A stretch of 64,000 nt of DNA. It comes from Candidatus Latescibacterota bacterium (GTDB taxonomy: Bacteria; Latescibacterota; UBA2968; UBA8231). The translations under genes and the position numbers were made by a program. A model generated the notes under the pieces. It did not search any database, was not told the origin of the DNA, and saw only the letters and a list, made by a program, of their open reading frames with translations. Positions 57,362 to 64,000 of the stretch are shown here, piece after piece. The stretch lies in NCBI GenBank assembly GCA_964291625.2, contig OZ220089.1, positions 1,664,001 to 1,728,000 on the forward strand, given 5' to 3'. Position 1 is the stretch's first letter, and the number at the start of each line of letters is the position of its first letter.

Positions 57362-57393
57362 GGTTCCTCCTGTGCTTCGCATGGTTCCTCCTG
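57359..57393 (-). repeat. Duplicated RBS plus start codon (CAGGAGGAACCATG x2)
   Basis: Perfect 14-bp direct repeats at 57359-57372 and 57380-57393, 21 nt apart and in frame. Confidence 0.85.
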
Positions 57394-57567
57394 GTTGCGC
57401 TGATAGTGGCGGATGCTCTGGCGCAAAAGGTGGGAGACGCCATTGGCGGGCCAGCGGCGGTTCGGTGAACGACGGGTCACGAAGGGGCGGCGTTTCGATG
57501 TAACGGAAGGGGACCGCCGCGCCGACGGGCGGTCCCCGGAGAGCCGGGCGGCGAGGATGCGGAGCGG

Positions 57568-60426
57568 TCAGTCGCCGAGCTTGTACGCCACGCTGATCGA
57601 GAAGGAGCGGCCCTTGCGGTGCTCCTGGGCGACGTACTGCCGGCCCTTGAAGGGGTAGGCGAAGCGGTACTCGGAGTCGAGGAGGTTCCTGGCCGCGAGC
57701 CTGACGGTGTACAACCCGTTGATGCGCTTCGACAGGGTGAAGTCCAGGCTGGACCGGGGCTCCTCGAAGACGTTGGGCGTGCCTCCGAGGCTGACCTCCG
57801 AGAGGCGCCGCCCGAAGATGTTGTAGTACAGGCCCGCCGCCGTGCCGGTCTCGAGATCATCGTAGGTGACGTCGAGGTTGACCACGAAGGGCGACTGGCC
57901 CTGGAGGGAGCGGCTGGTCTCCGCGTCGGGGTCGAAGCCCCGGATGATGGCCATCTCGCTCCCGGGGATGTCGACCTTCGAATGGATCAGGGACACGTTG
58001 CCGCCGGCGAAGAAGTCGCTCCACCGCTCTCCGAGGATGCCCAGGTTCTCGCGCGCCTCGAACTCGACGCCCGCCACGGCGGCCTCGTTCACGTTCTGGT
58101 ACTGGATCTCGCCGTTGGTGGTCAGGATCGCCCGCTCGATCGGGTTCTGGAAGAGTTTGTAGAAGCCGCTGACGGCATGGATCTCGCCGGGGTTGGGGAA
58201 CCACTCCCAGCGCAGGTCCCAGTTGTCGATGAGGGTGCGCTTCAGCTCCTCGTTGCCGGTGAGGATGAAGTCCCCCACGAAGGCGAAGGAGGAGAACGGG
58301 GCCAGCTCGCGGAAGGTGGGTCGGGCCAGGGTGCGGCCGTAGGAGAGGCGCATGTTCGCCTCGCCCACCTGGTAGACGAGACTGACCGAGGGCAGCAGGT
58401 CGTTCGTCTCCAACTCGCCGGCGGGCAGCTCCGGGTTGGCGCTGGCCACGCGGGTGCGGGTGGCCTCGAAGCGGGCGCCGGTGATGAGCCGCAGCTGCCG
58501 GTGGAGGGGCAGCTCGACCATCCCGTAGCCGGCGGCGATCCGCTGGTCGCCGTCGTAGGTGTTCGACGGCAGGGTGGCGTCGACGATGTAGTTGCCGAAG
58601 CGCGGCAGGGCGCCCGTGGTGTCGATGATGCCGACGTTGGCGTCGGTGAAGAACTCGTCCACGTCGCCGCCGAAGCGGTGCGAGCTCGGGCGCTGATAGC
58701 GGAACCGGGTCTCGTTGAAGCCGCGGCTCTTGTTCTGGGCGAAGGCCCCCGCCTTGATCTCCCCCGTCAGTCCGTGCCCCTGCCGGAAGGGCAGACTCAG
58801 CCCGAGGTTGGCCTCGCGGCTGGTCTCGTCGAGGTCGCGGAAGTAGCGCGTCGGGTCGGGATAGCTCGAGGGCTTGATCGAGTAGAGGGTGTCGCCGCCG
58901 CGGATGGTGTAGTTGTCGCTGAAGTAGCGGAGATCGGGCTCGTCCTGGGTGGAGGAGGAGGTCGAGCCCGACCATTCCAGGCGAGTCCCCCGCAGGGGCT
59001 CGAGATGGTGCTTGCCCGAGACCTGGAGGGAGCGGATCTCGCGCTCGGTGAAGTGGAGCACGCGGGTTTCGTAGAAGTCGTCCTCGTCCAGGGTCTCGTC
59101 GAACTTGCCCACCAGGTACCGAGCCACGTCCTCGCCGCTGCGGTTGTAGATGAAGGTCGAGCCGAGCTCGTGGGCGTCGTGGGGACGCCAGGCGGCGCTC
59201 GCCATGCCGCCCCACAGGGCCTCCTCGGAGCTCCTGGCGTCGATCAGGTTCAGCTGGTCCACGAGGGACCCGGTCCGGTCGACGCGGCCCGTGAGCTGCC
59301 AGCGGGCGCGGGTGCCGCCGTCGTAGTGGACGTGCTTCCGGCTCGAGTTCAGGCTGGCGATGAAGCCGAAGGGCCGGCCGTTGAGACTGTACCGATCCCC
59401 GAAGGCCAGGGAGGTGCTGTAGTTGAGGGGGGCCGTCCCGCGGGTGGGGCCCATGACGTTGGTGAAGGCCTTGGAGATCCGGTCGAGGGACTCGGCCCGG
59501 GAACGATCCCCGAAGGTGGCGGCGTAGTCGGGGATGTCGCCGGAGGCCTCGGCGGGGATATCGCGGCTGCCGTCGTCGATGCCGAGCCAGTCGGTGCCGC
59601 CGCCTTCGTAGGTGAGCACCTCCTCGAAAGTCGTGCTGGTGTTGTACGAGGTCGAGGTGGAGAAGGAGAGGTGGAAGTCGTCGGGCATGCTCCGCGTGCC
59701 GATGTCGACGGCGCCCCCGGTGAAGTTGCCCGGCTTGTCGGGGGTGAAGCTCTTCACGGTGACGATGCTCTCGAGCATGCTCGCGGGGAACATGTCCATG
59801 GCCACGGCGCGGCGGTTGGGGTCGGCGCTCGGCAGCTCGGCGCCGTTCAGCTGCACCGTGCTGTAGCGGTCGCCCAGCCCCCGGATGGTGACGTACCTGC
59901 CGTCCTGCACGGTGGCGCCGGTGACCTGGGTCATGGCCTCGGCGGCATCGCCGGCGCCGGCCCGGGAGATCTCCTCGGCGCTGATGGCGTCGCTCAGGGC
60001 CGAGGCCTTCTGGCGCTCCTTGAGCAGCGCCGCCCCGGTGTTGCGCAGGGCCCTGGCCTCGACGACCACCGCCTCCACCTCGATCGCCTCCGACTTCAGG
60101 GTGAAGTCGAGGTCGACGACACCGTCGGCCTCGACGACGACCTCCGTGATCGTCGTCCGGTTGTAGCCGATCATCGAGGTCGCGAGGGTATAGGTGCCGG
60201 CCGGGACGTTGGCGATCCGGTAGTCGCCCTCCAGGTCGGTGGCCGCCCCCAGATCGGTGCGCGTGCCGTCGGGGTTCTCGAGGATGACGAAGGCGCCGAT
60301 CAGGGGGTCCCCCGTCTCGCCGTCGACGATGGTGCCCACGATGCGTCCGGTGTCCCGGGCCTCGGCGCCGGCGTGGAGAGCGGCCGCGGCGACGGCGAGG
60401 GTTGCGAGCCGGGCGGTCCTGTTCAA
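57568..60426 (-). CDS. TonB-dependent receptor with N-terminal carboxypeptidase-regulatory-like domain
   Basis: GTIVDGETGDPLIGA, plug IRGLGDRYS...KSFTPD, RPTFRELAPF, ARNLLD, C-terminal aromatic strand; the TTG start after GGGAGAG is uncertain. Confidence 0.88.
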   Translation of the reverse strand: MNRTARLATLAVAAAALHAGAEARDTGRIVGTIVDGETGDPLIGAFVILENPDGTRTDLGAATDLEGDYRIANVPAGTYTLATSMIGYNRTTITEVVVEADGVVDLDFTLKSEAIEVEAVVVEARALRNTGAALLKERQKASALSDAISAEEISRAGAGDAAEAMTQVTGATVQDGRYVTIRGLGDRYSTVQLNGAELPSADPNRRAVAMDMFPASMLESIVTVKSFTPDKPGNFTGGAVDIGTRSMPDDFHLSFSTSTSYNTSTTFEEVLTYEGGGTDWLGIDDGSRDIPAEASGDIPDYAATFGDRSRAESLDRISKAFTNVMGPTRGTAPLNYSTSLAFGDRYSLNGRPFGFIASLNSSRKHVHYDGGTRARWQLTGRVDRTGSLVDQLNLIDARSSEEALWGGMASAAWRPHDAHELGSTFIYNRSGEDVARYLVGKFDETLDEDDFYETRVLHFTEREIRSLQVSGKHHLEPLRGTRLEWSGSTSSSTQDEPDLRYFSDNYTIRGGDTLYSIKPSSYPDPTRYFRDLDETSREANLGLSLPFRQGHGLTGEIKAGAFAQNKSRGFNETRFRYQRPSSHRFGGDVDEFFTDANVGIIDTTGALPRFGNYIVDATLPSNTYDGDQRIAAGYGMVELPLHRQLRLITGARFEATRTRVASANPELPAGELETNDLLPSVSLVYQVGEANMRLSYGRTLARPTFRELAPFSSFAFVGDFILTGNEELKRTLIDNWDLRWEWFPNPGEIHAVSGFYKLFQNPIERAILTTNGEIQYQNVNEAAVAGVEFEARENLGILGERWSDFFAGGNVSLIHSKVDIPGSEMAIIRGFDPDAETSRSLQGQSPFVVNLDVTYDDLETGTAAGLYYNIFGRRLSEVSLGGTPNVFEEPRSSLDFTLSKRINGLYTVRLAARNLLDSEYRFAYPFKGRQYVAQEHRKGRSFSISVAYKLGD

Positions 60427-60485
60427 TTCACTCTCCCGGATGGGGTCATGGAGCGAGTCCGGCACTCCGGCCTTGTGTGCGTACG

Positions 60486-60528
60486 AGTGTAGGGGGCGGT
60501 TGTTGAAGCGCGGTTACGGCGCGGCGAC
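60486..60528 (-). promoter_or_regulatory. Pho-box-like 11-bp repeats and -10 element upstream of the TonB-dependent receptor
   Basis: Minus strand GTCGC-N6-GTAAC-N6-TCAAC-N10-TACACT. Confidence 0.45.
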
Positions 60529-60575
60529 GATCGTGCGCACCCGGAGGGCCGCCGTCCGGGCCGTGATCCCCCGGC

Positions 60576-61523
60576 TCAGAAGCGGAGGAAGCAGGTGGCC
60601 CGGACCTGCAGGATCGGGTCCGATCCGTCGGGGAGCTGGAGGTGCAGGTTCGGCTGCAGGTGGACGTCCGCAGCCGCCTCCCAGTCGAACCCGGCGATGG
60701 CGAGGCGGTCGCTGCGGCCCCCTTCCTCCAACGCGTCGAGGCGGGCGAAGACCCACCCGGCGGGGGTCACCGCCGCCGACCCGAAGACGGAGATGCCCGT
60801 AAGCCTCTCGTCCTCGGCCAGGCGACGGACGCGGACGAGGGGCTCGAACCCGAGGCGCAGGCGCTCGCGGGCGAGGCCGATGAGGGCCTTGGCCACGAGG
60901 TGATCCCGGCCCCCGGGGCGCATGTCCAGATCGCCGCAGAGCTCGAACAGGCCGCCCCCGCCGGGCTCGAAGCGGACCGCGGCGTAGAGCTTCTTGCCGT
61001 TGTCGTTCTCCGGCCGCTGTCCCGGGCCGTTGGCGACCATCAGGTGGTAGCCGAGCCCGGCGGCGCGCCCCTTCAGGCTCAGGCCGATGTCGGCGGAGGA
61101 GCCGATGCCGTTCAGGTCGAGGATGGTCTTCTCCACCGACCGGTAGCCCCAGAGCGTCTCGGAGGCCCGCCAGGTCGGCGTGGCCGACACGCCCGCGTAG
61201 AGGTCGGCGCCGGCCACGGCCCGGCGCCAGCGCAGGTAGGCGTGCTTGACGAAGGGCGTCATCCGGCTCCGCTCGCCGAAGCCGGCGTCCCGGGCCTCCA
61301 GGCGGACCCGGGCGGCGAAGCGGTCCGACAGGTCGCGGTCGTAGGTCAGGTAGATGCGCCGGAACTGGAAGGCGTTGCGCCTCTCCAGTCCGGTGCCGTC
61401 GTCCGCGGAGACCACGAAGTAGTAATCCGCGAAGACGGTGCCGCTCATGGTGCCCCGGTCCTGGGCCTCTGCGCCCGCGGTCAGGAGGGCGCCGGCGAAC
61501 AGGACGCAGCCGTAGCGTGACAT
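60576..61523 (-). CDS. Outer-membrane porin-like protein (possibly phosphate-related)
   Basis: Signal peptide, FQFRRIYLTY, PFVKHAYL, amphipathic strands, C-terminal Phe; divergent from pstS. Confidence 0.7.
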   Translation of the reverse strand: MSRYGCVLFAGALLTAGAEAQDRGTMSGTVFADYYFVVSADDGTGLERRNAFQFRRIYLTYDRDLSDRFAARVRLEARDAGFGERSRMTPFVKHAYLRWRRAVAGADLYAGVSATPTWRASETLWGYRSVEKTILDLNGIGSSADIGLSLKGRAAGLGYHLMVANGPGQRPENDNGKKLYAAVRFEPGGGGLFELCGDLDMRPGGRDHLVAKALIGLARERLRLGFEPLVRVRRLAEDERLTGISVFGSAAVTPAGWVFARLDALEEGGRSDRLAIAGFDWEAAADVHLQPNLHLQLPDGSDPILQVRATCFLRF

Positions 61524-61654
61524 GTGATCCTCTGATCCTCTGTGGAGTGGCCGTGGAAGAAGCGGGGCGGGGCCCCTGTCCAGGTTACGAAGGGGTGTAA
61601 GGGTGGGGGTGTAAGCGTGACGGGCCGGCCGCGAACGTGTTACGATGCCGCGCC

Positions 61655-61707
61655 GGCACGGAATCGTAACCCGAAGGTGACTGTCGCGTGACGCGGAGCC
61701 CTAGCTT
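61655..61707 (+). promoter_or_regulatory. Pho-box-like 11-bp repeats and -10 element upstream of pstS
   Basis: GGCAC (61655), GTAAC (61666), GTGAC (61677), GTGAC (61688), then TAGCTT (61702); AGGAGG RBS follows. Confidence 0.6.
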
Positions 61708-61751
61708 TCGTTGCGGCCGCAGCGCAGATCAACGACCACAGGAGGAATCCA

Positions 61752-62726
61752 ATGAGCCCCCCGTCGCCGCAGATCCTGGCCCTGTGCCTGCTCGGCGCGG
61801 CCGTTGCCCTCGAGGCCCAGGCCGTGGAGGTGGACAGCCGGATCCCGCCCTACCAGAGGGCGAGGGGCATCTCGGGAAGCGCCAGCAGCATCGGCTCGGA
61901 CACGATGAACAACCTGATGGCCCTGTGGCTGGAGGGCTTTCGCAGACACTATCCCAACGTCCGCATCCAGATCGAGGGCAAGGGCTCGAGCACGGCGCCG
62001 CCGGCCCTGATCGAGGGCACGGCGCAGTTCGGCCCCATGTCGAGAGCGATGAAGTCCACGGAGAAGGACAGGTTCGAGGAGAGGTTCGGCTATCCCCCGA
62101 CGCCGCTGCGGACCTCCCTGGACGCGCTGGCGGTCTTCGTCAACAAGGACAACCCCCTCGAGGGCATGACCCTGCCCCAGGTCGATGCGGTGTTCTCCAA
62201 GACCCGGCGCGGCGGCCACGGCGAGCAGATCGCCCGCTGGGGACAGCTCGGGCTGGGCGGCGAGTGGGCCACGGCCCGGATCAGCCTCTACGGGCGCAAC
62301 TCGGCCTCCGGCACCTACGGCTTCTTCAAGAGCGTCGCCCTGTTCAAGGGCGACTACCGGGACGAGGTCAAGGAGCAGCCCGGCTCCGCCTCCGTCGTCC
62401 AGGGCGTCACCGAGGACCGCTACGGCGTCGGCTACAGCGGCATCGGCTACCGGACCTCCGGCGTGCGCGTCGTGCCCCTGGCCGAGGCCGGGGAGATGCC
62501 CTTCGTGAGCGCTTCCCTGGCCAACGTCCTCGACGGCTCCTACCCGCTGGGCCGCTTCCTCTATCTCTACGTCAACAAGACCCCCGGCGAGCCCATGGAT
62601 CCCCTGGTGCGGGAGTTCGCCCGCTTCGTGTTCTCCAGGGAGGGCCAGGAGATCGTCATCAAGGACGGGTACATGCCCGTGCCCTTCGAGGTCGTCGTCG
62701 AAGAGCTGGCGATGTTGGGGGAGTGA
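61752..62726 (+). CDS. pstS: Phosphate ABC transporter substrate-binding protein
   Basis: GSDTMNNLM, GKGSSTAPPAL, MSR, GRNSASGTYGFFK, GYSGIGY, YPLGRFLYLY. Confidence 0.93.
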   Translation: MSPPSPQILALCLLGAAVALEAQAVEVDSRIPPYQRARGISGSASSIGSDTMNNLMALWLEGFRRHYPNVRIQIEGKGSSTAPPALIEGTAQFGPMSRAMKSTEKDRFEERFGYPPTPLRTSLDALAVFVNKDNPLEGMTLPQVDAVFSKTRRGGHGEQIARWGQLGLGGEWATARISLYGRNSASGTYGFFKSVALFKGDYRDEVKEQPGSASVVQGVTEDRYGVGYSGIGYRTSGVRVVPLAEAGEMPFVSASLANVLDGSYPLGRFLYLYVNKTPGEPMDPLVREFARFVFSREGQEIVIKDGYMPVPFEVVVEELAMLGE

Positions 62727-62738
62727 CCCCCGGCCGGG

Positions 62739-64000
62739 ATGGTTCGCCCGACGAAGCACGAGAGACTGAACCGGCGGGTCCGGTTCTACGACCGGCTCGG
62801 GCGGCTGGTGATCGCGGCGGGCGGCATCGGCATCGTCGCCGCCGTCCTCGGCATCTTCGTGTTCATCGGCCGCGAGACGGCGCCGCTCTTCCGGCCCGCC
62901 CGGGTGCAGCCGGGGGCCGGGGAGCTGGCCCCGCCGGGCGGGGGCGTGCTGCTGGCCGCGGTCGATCCGTACCGCGAGGTCCTGCTCGCGGTGGACGGGA
63001 ACGGCCTCCGGTTCGCCGACATCGCCGCCTCCGCCCCTCTCGCCGTGGAGACGCCAACACTCGGCGGCGCCGCGGTCACCGCCGCCGACCGCGCCCCGGA
63101 CGGCCGCGTCGCCCTCGGCCTGAGCGACGGCCGCATCCAGGCGGTGCGCGTCGTCTTCGAACCGACCTACCGCGACGGCCGCCGCATCGTGCGGCCCCGC
63201 GTGCACCTGGAGGAGGAGGCCCGGCTGCTCGCCGGGGCCCCCTCCTCGGTGGTCTACCGCCACGACGGCGGCCGGCGCTCGGCGATGGCCGCCGTCGGCG
63301 ATTCCGGACGGCTGGTCGTCCGTACCGCCCGGTGGCGGACCACCCCGATGGGCGCCGCTCGAGCGCGGGCCTCCACCCACGACCTGGCGCTGACGGAAGC
63401 GGTCACCGCGGTCGCCCTCGACGGCCCGGCCCGCCAGCTGGCGGTGGGCACCGCCGGCGGCCGCGTGCAGGTGTGGCGCCTCGCCGAGGGAGGGCCCCCC
63501 CGGCTCGAGGAGGCCTTCGAGGCCGGCGCGGCGGTCACCGCCCTGGCCTACCTCCTCGGCGACCTCTCCCTCGTGGTGGGCGACGCCGGCGGCGGCGTCC
63601 ACACCTGGTTCCGGGTCGGCGCCGGGGGGGATCGCCGGTTCCGGCGCATCCACGAGCTGGCCCGCCACGGGGCCGCGGTCCTCGCCGTGGCCCCGTCGCA
63701 GCGGGACAAGCAGTTCCTCACCGCCGACGGGTCCGGCGCCGTCGCCCTGCACCATGCCACCACCGAGCAGACCTTCTGGCGGCAGGACCTGGGCCGGGTC
63801 CCTGTCCGCCAGCTGACCTTCGCGCCCAAGGCGGACGGGTTCCTGGCCGTCCTCGGGGACGGCCGGATCCTCGACTACGACACGGACAATCCCCACCCCG
63901 AGGTCACCTGGGGATCGCTCTTCGGGCGCGTCTGGTACGAGGGCTACGACGCGGCCCGGCACGTCTGGCAGTCGACGGGGGGAACCGACGAGTTCGAGCC
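62739..64000 (+). CDS. pstC: Long-form phosphate ABC permease PstC with periplasmic WD40-like domain (partial)
   Basis: Not in the ORF track because it runs off the edge. MVRPTKHERL...GGIGIVAAVLGIFVFIGRETAPLF...NPHPEVTWGSLFGRVWYEGY...WQSTGGTDEFE, directly after pstS. Confidence 0.82.
   Translation, partial: MVRPTKHERLNRRVRFYDRLGRLVIAAGGIGIVAAVLGIFVFIGRETAPLFRPARVQPGAGELAPPGGGVLLAAVDPYREVLLAVDGNGLRFADIAASAPLAVETPTLGGAAVTAADRAPDGRVALGLSDGRIQAVRVVFEPTYRDGRRIVRPRVHLEEEARLLAGAPSSVVYRHDGGRRSAMAAVGDSGRLVVRTARWRTTPMGAARARASTHDLALTEAVTAVALDGPARQLAVGTAGGRVQVWRLAEGGPPRLEEAFEAGAAVTALAYLLGDLSLVVGDAGGGVHTWFRVGAGGDRRFRRIHELARHGAAVLAVAPSQRDKQFLTADGSGAVALHHATTEQTFWRQDLGRVPVRQLTFAPKADGFLAVLGDGRILDYDTDNPHPEVTWGSLFGRVWYEGYDAARHVWQSTGGTDEFE

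Overview
High-GC bacterial DNA. The gene content (NYPNPFN FlgD/T9SS-CTD-like domains, dockerin-like domains, DUF6785/6784-like membrane proteins, LDL-receptor YWTD repeats) suggests an FCB-superphylum organism, possibly Latescibacterota-like and host-associated; this is inference. In order, the window holds: two paralogous modular secreted proteins among small metabolic genes; an AT-richer XRE/DUF4258-like/FRG cassette; a tandem duplication of a membrane-protein gene; a glycan-modification cluster; a long trp/aro superoperon headed by a Trp-rich leader-peptide attenuator and containing an apparently catalytically dead AroA homologue; an AT-richer defence-like island; a peptidase/PLP-enzyme operon; and a phosphate-acquisition locus (porin, TonB-dependent receptor, frameshifted secreted protein, divergent pstS-pstC) with 11-bp-periodic Pho-box-like repeats. 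The best candidate for a little-described system is the island at ~42.3-49.0 kb: metallo-beta-lactamase (C-terminal PRAG), E2-E1-JAB fusion and patatin phospholipase, divergent from an HTH-IrrE metallopeptidase/PIN pair, with no CD-NTase. No rRNA, tRNA, CRISPR array, integrase or transposase was seen. All assignments come from reading motifs by eye; no database searches were run.
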